Origin: Deltaproteobacteria bacterium
GTDB lineage: Bacteria; Myxococcota_A; Polyangia; Polyangiales; Houyiibacteriaceae
Length of the DNA: 64,000 nt
Direction of reading: 5' to 3'
NCBI GenBank assembly: GCA_034670305.1
Contig: JAXMNT010000002.1
Location: 160,001 to 224,000 of the forward strand
Shown here: in pieces, positions 18,074-28,211 of the stretch
Position numbering within the stretch: position 1 is the stretch's first letter
Layout: each line of letters starts with the position of its first letter
Made by a program: the position numbers and the translations under genes
Notes under the pieces: model-generated
What the model saw: the letters and a program-made list of their open reading frames with translations, nothing else
Database searches by the model: none
What the model was told of the DNA's origin: nothing

Positions 18074-19231
18074 TCAGACGAACGAGCCGTGGTAGCCGGC
18101 GTCTTCGATCGCGGTCGCGGCCGCGGTCTGCTCCAGCGGCGCGAACGTGTCCAGCATCACCGCCAGCTCGTTGGTCTCGCGGTGTCCGACCGAGCCTTCG
18201 TACGCACCCGGGTGTGGGCCATGCGTCACGCCCATCGGATGAAAACTCACCGAGCCCGGACCGACGCCACGGCGCGAGGTGAAGTTGCCGCGCACGTAGA
18301 AGAGCACTTCGTCGCAGTCGACGCTGGAGTGCGGGTACGGGCACGGGATCGACTCGGGATGAAAGTCGACCGCACGCGGTACGAACGAACAGATCAAGGC
18401 GCCGCGGGTCGCGAAGGTCCCGTGCCAGTCCGGCGGCAAGTGCACGAGTCCGGCGCGCGGCTGGAAGTTGAGAATCGGGAACACCCACGGGTACACGCTG
18501 CCGTCCCAGCCGACGACGTCGAGCGGTGAGTGGTCGCTCACGAACCCGTGAAAGCCGGTGCCGACACCAGCACGTTTGACGACGACGCTGCGGATCGCTT
18601 CGTCGCAGGGTCCATCGAACACCGGTCGGCGAAAGTCGCGATGGCAGTACGGCGCGTCCATCCGGAGTTGCCCGGTTTCGTTTCGCCACTTCGAGAGCAG
18701 GCCCATGCCGCCGAGACACTCGATGTGGAGCCAGTGCTGCGGTCCCTCGTTCGGAATGATGCGGTGGAGCACGCCCTTCGGAACGCAGACGTAGTCGTCG
18801 ACGCCGAACGGCAGATCACCGAACACGCTCCGCACGACGCCGCCGCCTTGAAACGCGAAGTACAGATCGTCGCCGTCGCCGTTGAGGAAGTAGACCGGAT
18901 CCGGTTCCGTCGGACGCAGGACGGACACGACGACGTCGCGGTTGAAGAGCAAGGGCACGCGCGCGTCGATCGGCGCACCGCCCGCGGCGCACCCGCCGGT
19001 GGTGTAGTGGCGTTTGCGCAGCTCACCGGACACGTCGGCCGTTGGTAGCGACCATCCGTGGGTGGTCGGTTCCGGCATCTGCGTCTGCGGACGGCCGAGG
19101 TGGTACAGGATGCTGTACGCCCCATCGAAGCCCTTGCGGGTGAGGCACTCCTCGCGGGTGAAGACCCCATCGACGACATGGCGGATGTGGTGCTTCGCGG
19201 GGATCGATCCCGCCTGCATGCGCTCGAGCAT
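18074..19231 (-). CDS. hmgA: Homogentisate 1,2-dioxygenase
   Basis: GFDGAYSILYH, PLDVVGWDG, HLPPDWH, PYPHSSVDCDEVLFY, HPMGVTHGPHPG; TGATG overlap with hppD. Confidence 0.9.
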   Translation of the reverse strand: MLERMQAGSIPAKHHIRHVVDGVFTREECLTRKGFDGAYSILYHLGRPQTQMPEPTTHGWSLPTADVSGELRKRHYTTGGCAAGGAPIDARVPLLFNRDVVVSVLRPTEPDPVYFLNGDGDDLYFAFQGGGVVRSVFGDLPFGVDDYVCVPKGVLHRIIPNEGPQHWLHIECLGGMGLLSKWRNETGQLRMDAPYCHRDFRRPVFDGPCDEAIRSVVVKRAGVGTGFHGFVSDHSPLDVVGWDGSVYPWVFPILNFQPRAGLVHLPPDWHGTFATRGALICSFVPRAVDFHPESIPCPYPHSSVDCDEVLFYVRGNFTSRRGVGPGSVSFHPMGVTHGPHPGAYEGSVGHRETNELAVMLDTFAPLEQTAAATAIEDAGYHGSFV

Positions 19232-20400
19232 CAGGCCTTGCCTGTCTGCTGCCGTTCGATGCTTTCGAAGAGCGCGCGGAAGTTGCCACCGCCGAACCCC
19301 TGGTCGCCCTTGCGCTGGATCACTTCGAAGAAGAACGGACCCGCTTCCGCTTCGTTGTAGGTGCCTGCGGAGTCCTGCAGGAAGATCTGCAGCAGGTAGC
19401 TGTGCTCCCCTTTGCCATCGACCAGGATCTCGAGTTCGCGCAGCACCTCGATGTCCTCGTCGATGCGCCCAATGCCGAGTTCGGCGATGCGGCCGGGCAA
19501 CATGTCGTAGTACTTGCCTGGCGTCGGATAGAACGAGACGCCCCGTTCGCGCAGCGCACGCACGGTGGGCACGATGTCCTTCACCGAGAGCGCCGCGTGC
19601 TGAATGCCATCGCCACGGTGATCTTCGGTGAAGAGCGCGATTTGCGAGCGCCGGAAGAAGGGCCGGAAGGGTTCGTTGTTGGCGAACTTCGCGTTGCTCT
19701 TCGGATCCCAGAACACCTTGGAGCGAAGACCGGAGCCGTCGGTGCTGTCGGGCGCGACGTCGTTGGTGTGAAACTCGATGCCCCAGAACGGCTCGAATCC
19801 CATCACATGCTGCATCCACAGCAGCGCCGGGCTCATGGTCTCGAAGTTGGACGTGACGTGGTCGATCTTGTCGAACCCGAACGCGTTCGTACCGCCTTTG
19901 GGCTCCGCGTGTCTCTTCATGCCCGGAATGAACATCGGGTCGCCGGACACGCGCTGAACGAAGCGGAACGTGCTGCTCCCGAACGGCGTCGTGATGGAGA
20001 ACGTGCGAAGCACGTTGTCGCCTTCTTCAAACGTCTGGATGTCCTGCATGGGGGTGCCGCCGCGGGCGTCGAGCACTCGGAAGGTGTGCTCGATGTCGGC
20101 CACTTCGAAGACCACGGTGCCGACTCCGTCCGGATGGCGCTTGAGCCAGCGCGCGGCGCGGCCACCCTCTCCAAGCGGTGCGCTGATGAGCAGCCGCACG
20201 TCGCCCGCCACGAAGAGCGCCGAGCGTTGTTTGCCGCGCTCCTCGAGCGCTTCCGAGCTGACCGACACTTCCGCGAAGTCGAGCTTGTCGGCGTAGAAGG
20301 TGCGCGAGCGTTCGAGGTCGTGCACGTAGTAGTGCAGCGCTTCCATGCGGACCAATCCAAGGGATTCTACGGACGATGCTTTCGAAGACTCCATGTGCAT
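19231..20400 (-). CDS. hppD: 4-hydroxyphenylpyruvate dioxygenase
   Basis: IDHVTSN, GIQHAAL, LLQIF, FFEVIQRKGDQGFGGGNFRALFESIERQQ. Confidence 0.95.
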   Translation of the reverse strand: MHMESSKASSVESLGLVRMEALHYYVHDLERSRTFYADKLDFAEVSVSSEALEERGKQRSALFVAGDVRLLISAPLGEGGRAARWLKRHPDGVGTVVFEVADIEHTFRVLDARGGTPMQDIQTFEEGDNVLRTFSITTPFGSSTFRFVQRVSGDPMFIPGMKRHAEPKGGTNAFGFDKIDHVTSNFETMSPALLWMQHVMGFEPFWGIEFHTNDVAPDSTDGSGLRSKVFWDPKSNAKFANNEPFRPFFRRSQIALFTEDHRGDGIQHAALSVKDIVPTVRALRERGVSFYPTPGKYYDMLPGRIAELGIGRIDEDIEVLRELEILVDGKGEHSYLLQIFLQDSAGTYNEAEAGPFFFEVIQRKGDQGFGGGNFRALFESIERQQTGKA

Positions 20401-20403
20401 TCC

Positions 20404-21054
20404 TCAGTCCTGCTCGGGGCAGTCGGGTTGACGGTCTGGGTGGGCCGCGATGAAGGCCGGCAGTTCGGCGCACGCTGCGGCGGCTCGAACGAGGGTCGGA
20501 AATGCGTTCAACTCGAGACCGAAACGCTCGGCGTTGTAGAGCTGAGGCACGAGGCATAGATCGGCGAGAGAGACTGTGTCGCCGACCAGGAACGTGCCGG
20601 CAGAAGTCGCGAGACGTTCCATCGAAGCGAGTCCTCGCGCGATGACCTCTTGGCCGTGCGCGCGCTTGTCCCCACCCAGCGACTCGACCATCTGGAGCGT
20701 CGCGAGGTTCTGCTGGGGCTGAATCCCGGAGTTGACGACCTCCGCCAGCTCCCGCGCTTTGGCGCGGGCCATCGGATCCGTGGGCAAGAGCGACTTCGGT
20801 CCGCGCTCGGACAACATCTCCAGGATCGCGAGGGACTGGGTCAGCCGCTGCGGTCCGTTTTCCGTCCACTCGAGCACCGGCACCTGACGCATCGGGTTGT
20901 GGTCCCGCTCGTAGGCTTCGGTGCGCTGCTCCCCGCCGTCGCGCACCAGATGGACCGCAACATACTCGTAGTCGATGCCCTGCAGTCCGAGCGCGATGCG
21001 CACGCGCCACGAACAGGAACTCCGCCAGTACGAGTAGAGCCGAACGTCTTTCAC
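20404..21054 (-). CDS. maiA: Maleylacetoacetate isomerase (GST zeta)
   Basis: LYSYWRSSCSWRVRIAL, NPMRQVP, SGIQPQQN, AHPDRQPD; GTGA overlap with upstream gene. Confidence 0.95.
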   Translation of the reverse strand: MKDVRLYSYWRSSCSWRVRIALGLQGIDYEYVAVHLVRDGGEQRTEAYERDHNPMRQVPVLEWTENGPQRLTQSLAILEMLSERGPKSLLPTDPMARAKARELAEVVNSGIQPQQNLATLQMVESLGGDKRAHGQEVIARGLASMERLATSAGTFLVGDTVSLADLCLVPQLYNAERFGLELNAFPTLVRAAAACAELPAFIAAHPDRQPDCPEQD

Positions 21055-22025
21055 GCGCGCGCCACCTTCTGGTCGATGGTGCCGAAGAGGTTCTTGCCGG
21101 CCTCGTCCCGCATCTCGATCCGCACCCGGTCCCCATCTTCGAGGAACTGCGTGGTGGGTTTGCCGTCCTTGAGGATCTCTCGCATCCGCCGCTCGGCGAG
21201 GCAGGAGACGCCACGGGCTTCGTCTTGGTTGGAGACCGTGCCGCTTCCGAGAATCGTCCCGGCGGTGAACGCACGCGTCTTCGTGATGTGCTGGATCAGA
21301 TCGAAGAAGGAGAAGTGCATCTCCGGTCCCGCGTGCGGGTCGCCGGCGAGCTCGCCGTTCAGGTGCGACAGGAGCGGCAGGTGGACCCGGCCCTCCTTCC
21401 AGGCCGGTCCGAGTTCGTCCGGCGTGATCGCGAACGGTGCGAACGCCGTGGCGGGTTTGCTGTTGAAGAACCCGAAGTTCTTCTTCAACTCCGCCGGAAT
21501 GAGGTTCCGCAGCGTCACGTCGTTGCAGACCATCAAGAGCTTGATGTGCGACGCCGCTTCGGACGCCTTCACCCCGCGCGGCGTGTCCCCGAGGACGACG
21601 CAGATCTCCGCTTCGAAGTCGAGACCCCACGCTGGGTCCGGCAAGGGGATGTCTTCGGTCGGCGCGAGGAAGATGCCGCTGCCGCCCTGGTAGACGAGCG
21701 GGTCGGTTTCGAGCGTCTCGGGCGGCTCGGCGCCGCGGGCCTTCCGGACGAGCACGATGTGGTTGATGTACGCCGACCCATCGACCCACTCGTAGGCGCG
21801 CGGCAGCGGTGCGTGGAGCTTGGCGGGGTCGAGCGGTTCCCCCTCGGTCGAGTCCGCCAGCGCGGCTGCGATCGACTGCAGCTCCGGCTCGGTCTCTGCC
21901 CAACGGTCCAACGCCGCCTGCAGGGTGGGCGCCACCGTGTCCGCCCGCCGGTACCGGCTGCCGTCCGGGCTCACCACGACCAAGGATCCGTCTCTTCCAC
22001 CTTCACGAAGCGTCGCAAGTCGCAT
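21051..22025 (-). CDS. Fumarylacetoacetate hydrolase family protein
   Basis: APLPRAYEWVDGSAY, DFEAE, NDVTLRN, GTILGSGTVSN; operon context. Confidence 0.9.
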   Translation of the reverse strand: MRLATLREGGRDGSLVVVSPDGSRYRRADTVAPTLQAALDRWAETEPELQSIAAALADSTEGEPLDPAKLHAPLPRAYEWVDGSAYINHIVLVRKARGAEPPETLETDPLVYQGGSGIFLAPTEDIPLPDPAWGLDFEAEICVVLGDTPRGVKASEAASHIKLLMVCNDVTLRNLIPAELKKNFGFFNSKPATAFAPFAITPDELGPAWKEGRVHLPLLSHLNGELAGDPHAGPEMHFSFFDLIQHITKTRAFTAGTILGSGTVSNQDEARGVSCLAERRMREILKDGKPTTQFLEDGDRVRIEMRDEAGKNLFGTIDQKVARA

Positions 22026-22172
22026 ACCGCCCCCATAGTGCCTAGGAACCCCTGTTTTCAAGGGTCGGCTCATGCGCGGCCCACATCCATGGGCACTGCG
22101 CGCCCGAGCCCCTGTGAATCCTCACGCAGAGGGGTCGAACTGCTACCCTGCGCGCGTGTGGAGAGGGCTGTG

Positions 22173-23039
22173 ATGGACGCGCGTCGAGACCACCCGCGGG
22201 CTGCCAAGCGGGTGTGCCTCTGGGGTGCGGGGCTCGTGTGCCTGGCAGCGTTCGGCCCCAGCGTCGGGCAGGCGCAACCGGAGGACGCCCCGGAGCTTCA
22301 GCTTCAGGCGGCGCGCGGTGCCTACCTCGAAGCCCAGTTCCCCGAGGCGCGTGACCTGCTTCGCGACCTGCTCGATCACGCGGAGCACCTGACCCGCAGC
22401 CGAATCATCGAAGCCCTCGCCCTCGAAGCGATGGTGCACTTTGCGATGCGCGACGAACCGGCCACGCGTCGGACGCTGCGACAACTTGCCGTCGTGGCAC
22501 CCGACCATCGTTGGAGCGAAGAAGCCCCTCCCCCGATCCGCGATCAGTGGACCCTCGAACGCACGCAAGTCGAAGAGCCGACGGTGGACGCGCACGCGGT
22601 CCGCCATGGAGCGCAAGTCCGGATCGAAGGGGCGGTCTCGGGCGATTTGGCGGGTCTGGTCGATCGCTGGGAGCTGCGCGCACGCGAAGGAACACAGCCA
22701 TGGCAAGTCGGATCGGATCCGCTTCTGGTCGAGTTCGAGAACCCGCACGCGGCGACGTACGAGGTCGAGCTCCGCGCGCTCGGACCTGGAGGCGTGGCGC
22801 TTCGAACCGTGTCGCGCCAACTTCAGGTGGTGTCGGATGCGGTGCTCGCAGTGGGCGCGGGTGGCGAGGTGGGCGCGACGGCGGACGCCGGCGAAGCGCG
22901 CACCCGAAGAAGACAGCGCTGGATCCTCTCGGCCGCCTCGGTGCTGCTCTTCTCGGCGGTCGTGGCCGGCGTCGCGATTCGGGTCTCCCGGATCCAGCCC
23001 AGCCCCTCCACCGAGCTTCAAGGACCCTTCTTCGAATGA
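22173..23039 (+). CDS. Hypothetical exported TPR-like protein with C-terminal TM helix
   Basis: Signal-like N-terminus, helical AARGAYLEAQFPEARDLL segment, C-terminal hydrophobic helix; precedes kinase. Confidence 0.65.
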   Translation: MDARRDHPRAAKRVCLWGAGLVCLAAFGPSVGQAQPEDAPELQLQAARGAYLEAQFPEARDLLRDLLDHAEHLTRSRIIEALALEAMVHFAMRDEPATRRTLRQLAVVAPDHRWSEEAPPPIRDQWTLERTQVEEPTVDAHAVRHGAQVRIEGAVSGDLAGLVDRWELRAREGTQPWQVGSDPLLVEFENPHAATYEVELRALGPGGVALRTVSRQLQVVSDAVLAVGAGGEVGATADAGEARTRRRQRWILSAASVLLFSAVVAGVAIRVSRIQPSPSTELQGPFFE

Positions 23040-23130
23040 GGCTCCACTCCCGATCCTCTCTCCAGGAGCCCGGCGCTCGCACCTCCCCCCTCGCGCGGGA
23101 TTCCGGGTTCGGGGTCTGCGTGGGCACTCG

Positions 23131-25281
23131 ATGAGTTCGGACGAGGACAAGACCCCCGCGCCGGACGCGCCCAGCCCGTTCGATGCCGAGACCTCAGACG
23201 ACATCGTCATGGGCGGCGGCGCGGATTCCGCGGGCGGGACGCTCCCGTCGCTCGTCGGACCACCCGAGGACGAGACGTTGCTGGAGGACGCGCGCGGTTT
23301 GCCCTCCGTCGAGCCGGCCGCATCCCCTCCCAAGACCACCCGCGCCGACCCGACCCCGACCCCGCACACCATCGCACTGCCCGGCCGCGGACTCGCCGCT
23401 GCGGCCGCGTCCGAGGCGCGGCGGGCGCCGCGGGTGCCCCACTCAGCGCTCGATGGAGACGCGACCTCGGAGGAACTGGAGCTCTCCGTCGGATCCGACG
23501 GCGTGATGGAACTTCCCGCGGCGGGCGACGGCAGCGACGCGACGATGATCGAAGATCGGGTGGCGCTTGCCGAGCTCGCGGCGAGCCTCGGCAAGAACAT
23601 CGACCACATCGGTCGGTACCGCGTGCTGCGCCATCTGGAAGCGGGCGGGTTCGCGAACGTCTACCTCGCGCGCCTCGTTGGCGTGGCCGGGTTCGGGCGG
23701 TTCCTCGCGATCAAACGCATCCACGATCACCTCGCCGGGCAGCATGAGTTCCTCGAGATGTTCCTCGACGAAGCCCGGGTCGCTTCGGCCATCGATCACC
23801 CGAACGTCTGCGCGCCGATCGACTTCGGACGCACCGAGGACGGCGCGTACTTCCTCGCGATGGACTACTTGCTCGGCGAGCCGCTGACCGCGGTCCGTCG
23901 AGCGCTCGGAGCCCAAAAGGGCACGACGGTCGAAGACGAAGACATCGCGTTCGCGCTGCGGATCATCGCCGACGCCGCGCACGGACTGCACGCGGCGCAC
24001 GAAGCGATGGATGTGCGCGGACGGCCGATGGAGGTCGTGCATCGGGACGTCGCGCCCGGAAACCTCTTCGTGCTCTACAGCGGGCACGTGAAGGTGGTGG
24101 ACTTCGGCATCGCGCAGGCGGCCCGCAAGCTGCACACGACTAAGAACGGCATGTTCAAGGGCCACCTCGCCTTCGCGTCCCCGGAACAGATCAAGGGCGA
24201 GCGGATCGACCGCCGGGCGGACCTGTGGTCGCTTGGTGTGATCTTGTGGGAGATGCTCGCGCGCAAACGACTCTTCCGTTCGGCCCATGAACTCGCGCTG
24301 GTGAACATGATCCTCGCGGACCCGATCCCCGACCTCCGCGTCGAAGCGCCGTGGGTCTCGGAACCGGTGGCCGCGGTCGTGCATGGCTGCCTTTCGCGCA
24401 CCCCTTCGGAGCGACCGGACAGCGCGCTCGATCTCGCGCTCGCGCTCGAAGCCATCCTGATGGAGATGCGGGTGCCGATGGGCACGCACGAGGTGGGCAG
24501 CTACGTGTGCGCGCTCTTGCCCGACCGCGCGCACCAGAAGCACCGCGAGCTCTGGGCGTTGGCCGGAGACCTCGGCAGCGGCTCGGGCGTGCGGAGTCTG
24601 GACGAGCAAGACCTGCACGAGGTCATGGAAGGGGCGGAGACGTCGCCCGAGATCGAACCGCCGCGGGTCGTGCCAACGGCGGCGTTGCCGAGCGGGAGGG
24701 CCGTGGGCGATCCTCTGATGACGACCGCGCCCATGCCGGCTGTGGCCGGGCGCCCGCGGCCGTACTGGCCGTGGCTCGTGGCGGCGGCGGCCGCGTGCGT
24801 CGCGTTCTACTTCATGGGGCGCCTGGGCGGAGCGGTTGAGGAGGCGGTGTTGTCCTCGAACACCGAAGCGCTGCCGTTGGCGGCTGGGGTGGCGCGGGTG
24901 GAGGTTGCGGGGGTCGGCGCGGCGGAAGCCGAAGCCGAAGCCCAAGCCGAAGCCCAAGCCGACGCCGAAGCCGAAGCCGATGCCGAAGCCGAAGTCGTGG
25001 CCGAAGGCGAAGCCGAAGCCGAAGCCGAAGGCGAAGCCGAGGCCGAAGCTCCGGTCATGCGGGCGATGCGGCGGGGGTCGGGGATTGTGGCGGTGACGAC
25101 GTCGGGGGGGTGGGCCGAGGTGTTTCACGGGCGGCGCCGGCTGGGGGTGACGCCGGGTCAGTTCGAGCTGCGGGCCGGAAGGAAGCGGCTGCGGATCGTG
25201 CCGCATGAAGGCGGGCGCGCGCGCACGGTGTGGGTCCGGGTTCGGCCGGGGCGCATCACCCGCACCCGCGTCAACCTGTAG
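23131..25281 (+). CDS. Membrane-anchored Ser/Thr protein kinase with PEGA-like C-terminus
   Basis: [35 protein letters not shown] helix; WAEVF..GRRLGVTP. Confidence 0.92.
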   Translation: MSSDEDKTPAPDAPSPFDAETSDDIVMGGGADSAGGTLPSLVGPPEDETLLEDARGLPSVEPAASPPKTTRADPTPTPHTIALPGRGLAAAAASEARRAPRVPHSALDGDATSEELELSVGSDGVMELPAAGDGSDATMIEDRVALAELAASLGKNIDHIGRYRVLRHLEAGGFANVYLARLVGVAGFGRFLAIKRIHDHLAGQHEFLEMFLDEARVASAIDHPNVCAPIDFGRTEDGAYFLAMDYLLGEPLTAVRRALGAQKGTTVEDEDIAFALRIIADAAHGLHAAHEAMDVRGRPMEVVHRDVAPGNLFVLYSGHVKVVDFGIAQAARKLHTTKNGMFKGHLAFASPEQIKGERIDRRADLWSLGVILWEMLARKRLFRSAHELALVNMILADPIPDLRVEAPWVSEPVAAVVHGCLSRTPSERPDSALDLALALEAILMEMRVPMGTHEVGSYVCALLPDRAHQKHRELWALAGDLGSGSGVRSLDEQDLHEVMEGAETSPEIEPPRVVPTAALPSGRAVGDPLMTTAPMPAVAGRPRPYWPWLVAAAAACVAFYFMGRLGGAVEEAVLSSNTEALPLAAGVARVEVAGVGAAEAEAEAQAEAQADAEAEADAEAEVVAEGEAEAEAEGEAEAEAPVMRAMRRGSGIVAVTTSGGWAEVFHGRRRLGVTPGQFELRAGRKRLRIVPHEGGRARTVWVRVRPGRITRTRVNL
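24922..25050 (+). repeat. In-frame (GCCGAA)n tract encoding Ala-Glu/Ala-Asp run in kinase
   Basis: [24 protein letters not shown]... Confidence 0.9.
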
Positions 25282-25287
25282 CGGCGC

Positions 25288-26448
25288 TCAGAGCGCGGGT
25301 TCGTCGCACACGAACGGAAACGGGTCCACACAGGGACGGTCGCGCCAGCCGACCGGATCGGTGTCGTTGACCGAGCGCACGCAGCGCGGCGGATCGTTGT
25401 CGGGATCCCCGAGCACGAACGGCGCGTAGGCGCCCACTTCGGAACCATCCGGCCACTCGAACACGTCGGCGCCGCGGCGGTCGGACAGACCGATCCAGAA
25501 CTGGGGGATCGAGAACTCGCGCTGCATCGCGGCCCGGAGCGCGTCGTCCTCTTCCACCGCTTCGATGGTGGCAAGCGCGCGCCCCGAGGCCGCGCACGCG
25601 TCCTGAGCGAGCGGCCAGGAGGTGGGATCGGGGCAAAGCAGGTAGCCACGGCCAGCGATCGAGGTCGGTCGGCACGGGGCGCATCCTTCGCCGGGCACGC
25701 CGCCTTCGTCGGTGGCGTCGTCGCAGTCGTCGTCGATGCGGTTGCAAGTCTCGTCCGCGTCGGGATGCACCGTCGGGTCGCCGTCGTCGCAGTCTCCGTC
25801 TCGAAGCGCGCGCCCGGGACCTGGACACCTCTCACTCGCCGCGCCGCTGCCGAACCCATCCCCATCCACGTCTTCGAAAGTGGCGACCGGTGTGCAGGCG
25901 TCCACGCCGCCGTCCTCCGGCGCCGCATCCGCTCCCGCGTCGCCGCCACCCGCGTCCGAGCCGAGGCACAACCCCTCCGAACACGCCGCCACCGGACACC
26001 GGGCGTCTTCGCGCAGCAATGCGAGCCGCACCGTCACGTCCTGCGGCACCGGCACCTCGAACGCCGTGCAGCCGCGGGCGTAGGGACGACACTCCCCGTC
26101 GACCGCGGTGACTTCGATCGACGCCGAGCCCGGTTCGAGGCTCAGCGTCTGGGGATCTTCTCCGCGCCGCACGACGAACGACTGCGTGGCCGTCAGCGCG
26201 TCGCAGCCACCCGCGAGCACCCGCACCTCGAATCGGGTCTGGGGCCGCTCCGGCGGATCCATGCGGATGTGCCAGCGAAGCGGGCCGTCCTCGCCGCACG
26301 CCATGCACAGGCCCAGCGCGCCGAAGAGAGTGAGCAGGACACGGACTGCGGCTGTCGAAGCCAGCACTGGGGCTGTCGAAGCCAGCACTGGGGTTCCCGA
26401 ACCCAGCACTGGTGGTTGTGGCGGAGCGCGCACCCGACAACGATACAC
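25288..26448 (-). CDS. Lipoprotein with myxobacterial Cys/Asp metal-binding repeat and C-type lectin domain (start uncertain)
   Basis: DVDGDGFG...DCDD...HPDADETCNRIDDDCD; CTL motifs SW..AQ..C, FWIGLSD, W.D.PC....FVC. Confidence 0.8.
   Translation of the reverse strand: MYRCRVRAPPQPPVLGSGTPVLASTAPVLASTAAVRVLLTLFGALGLCMACGEDGPLRWHIRMDPPERPQTRFEVRVLAGGCDALTATQSFVVRRGEDPQTLSLEPGSASIEVTAVDGECRPYARGCTAFEVPVPQDVTVRLALLREDARCPVAACSEGLCLGSDAGGGDAGADAAPEDGGVDACTPVATFEDVDGDGFGSGAASERCPGPGRALRDGDCDDGDPTVHPDADETCNRIDDDCDDATDEGGVPGEGCAPCRPTSIAGRGYLLCPDPTSWPLAQDACAASGRALATIEAVEEDDALRAAMQREFSIPQFWIGLSDRRGADVFEWPDGSEVGAYAPFVLGDPDNDPPRCVRSVNDTDPVGWRDRPCVDPFPFVCDEPAL
26350..26412. repeat. 21-bp tandem repeat (2 exact + 1 degenerate copy)
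   Basis: ggctgtcgaagccagcactgg x2, then ggttcccgaacccagcactgg. Confidence 0.85.
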
Positions 26449-26472
26449 CGCCCACCCGAAGAGGCGACTGCT

Positions 26473-27528
26473 CTACTCCAAGCGCAACGCTTGGCGCATG
26501 CGGGGGACCAGGACCTCGTCGAACTCGAACTCGGTCGCAGCGGGCGCGAAGCGGTAGAGCCAGGAGACCCCGAGCCGGCCGACGTAGTCGTCGGGCCGGG
26601 CGTAAACCGGGTCCCGCATCGCTTCGTCCAGCGTGATGAACGCAGCCCCCTCCGCCGCGAGCGCATCGACGAACGCACCGATGTGATCGGCCGCCAAGAC
26701 ATTGGCGTGAAGCAAGAGCACGTGCGCGACATCCCGCCCCACCCTCGCTCGGGCCACGCGCTGAAAGAGACGCGTCGCTTCGACACCGTGGGCGACGTAG
26801 CCCGCCACGAGTTCGTCCGCGCGCTCCGAATCGCCCGCGTCGAGCGCGGCGACGTACGCGCCGACGATGCGCCAGTCCGCGGTGTCGATCGTCACCGGTG
26901 CGACCTCGTGCCCGAGTTCGGCCAGCACCGCGCGGCCGGCATCGCGCCGCTCCGCGCTTCGGCCCCGCTGCAGGTACGGGTACCGAAACCACCGCACCGG
27001 TCCTGTACCAAGCCCCACCAACGTATCCCGGCAGCCCTCCACCGAATCGCGCCAGAGCGCCGGCCCGATCGAGTCGATCGCACGGTGGCGTTCGGTGTGG
27101 TTGGCCAGCTGCATGCCGGCCGCCATCCACTGCCGCACGATCGCCACCTGCGCCGGCGCGCCCTGCATCCCCGCCGCGAGCGATCGACACACGACGAACC
27201 CAGTCGCCGGGATCCGCCGCGCCGTGAGCTGTTCGAGCAGCCGCTCCGTCGCTTCACTCCGGCCGCGTCCCTCCGGCATCGCGCCCACAAACGGCAGGTC
27301 ATCAAACGTCAGCGCGATGCGAAGCGGCGCTTCGGAGTCGGCTCCGGCTTCGGCTCCGGCTTCGGCTCCGGCTTCGGCTCCGGCTTCGGCTCCGGCTTCG
27401 GCTCCGGCTTCGGCTTCGGCTTCGGCTTCGGCTTCGGCTTCGGCTTCGGTTCCCCCGCAACCCGCCGCCACGAAACCCGTCGCACACCACACAAGAGACC
27501 ACCGAAGCGCGAACGTCACCGAGCTCAC
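26473..27528 (-). CDS. Polysaccharide deacetylase (CE4) lipoprotein
   Basis: IALTFDDLP, LANHTERH, WFRYPY, LLLHAN; lipobox AAGC; GTG start 27528 inferred. Confidence 0.9.
   Translation of the reverse strand: MSSVTFALRWSLVWCATGFVAAGCGGTEAEAEAEAEAEAEAGAEAGAEAGAEAGAEAGAEAGADSEAPLRIALTFDDLPFVGAMPEGRGRSEATERLLEQLTARRIPATGFVVCRSLAAGMQGAPAQVAIVRQWMAAGMQLANHTERHRAIDSIGPALWRDSVEGCRDTLVGLGTGPVRWFRYPYLQRGRSAERRDAGRAVLAELGHEVAPVTIDTADWRIVGAYVAALDAGDSERADELVAGYVAHGVEATRLFQRVARARVGRDVAHVLLLHANVLAADHIGAFVDALAAEGAAFITLDEAMRDPVYARPDDYVGRLGVSWLYRFAPAATEFEFDEVLVPRMRQALRLE
27329..27450 (-). repeat. In-frame Ala-Glu / Ala-Gly-Ala-Glu tract after the lipobox of the deacetylase
   Basis: (GCCGAA)n and (GCCGGAGCCGAA)n on the minus strand. 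Confidence 0.9.
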
Positions 27529-27624
27529 TCTACCAGTCGACCCAGCTTCGCCGGCCACATCCGAAGGGCTCGTGCGGCGCATGCGGGTGAGTCACCGGGG
27601 CAATTTTCCAGTCCATGTGAGCGT

Positions 27625-27701
27625 TGGCACCCCCGAGAGGATTCGAACCTCTGACCTTTCGCTTAGGAAGCAACTGCTCTATCCAGCTGAGCTACGGGGG
27701 C
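27625..27701 (-). tRNA. tRNA-Arg (anticodon CCT)
   Basis: GCCCCCGTAGCTCAGCTGGATAGAGC...TTCCTAA...GGTTCGAATCC...GCCA cloverleaf. Confidence 0.93.
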
Positions 27702-27869
27702 AGGTGGCCACGGGTAACACGCGTTGGCCGCGTGGCAAACGGGACGCGTGTCCTTCTGTCCGCCGCCCCGACCCCAACCCGCATCCGGTCTTGGAATAGA
27801 TCCTCTGGATCCCGGTTTTCTCAGGGAAGGCGGGGCATCCCGCTCCGCCCACCAGACGGAGGTGAAGAG

Positions 27870-28166
27870 ATGACGCAGGACGCTCGTTTTGCCTCGCTCC
27901 GGGGCAAGTCGCGCAAGTGGATGGAGGCGTACTTGGCCGAGTACGAGGACGGCTTCGACGATGGGCTCGACCCGTACCACGATCACAAGACGTTCGACTT
28001 CCACGACCGGCACGACCAGTACGACCACGTCTTCGACTTCGGCGACGAGGACGACTTCGACGATCAGGACGACCGCTGGCTGCACCTGTACGACGGGTGG
28101 GGCCCGATCGTCCCTCGACGACGGGTCGACCGGGCACCCGACCGGTGTTCGCCCGACGACGGATAG
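27870..28166 (+). CDS. Small Asp/His/aromatic-rich hypothetical protein (98 aa)
   Basis: Strong SD GGAGGTG before ATG 27870; GC3-biased codons (GAC, TTC, CAC, TAC). Confidence 0.65.
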   Translation: MTQDARFASLRGKSRKWMEAYLAEYEDGFDDGLDPYHDHKTFDFHDRHDQYDHVFDFGDEDDFDDQDDRWLHLYDGWGPIVPRRRVDRAPDRCSPDDG

Positions 28167-28211
28167 GAAGGAGCTCCGCTCGGCGCCCGACCTGGGCGCC
28201 GAGCGTTGCGC

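Noticed and set aside
18074-22025. Homogentisate operon as a novel system
   Set aside because: Standard, well-characterised tyrosine catabolic pathway
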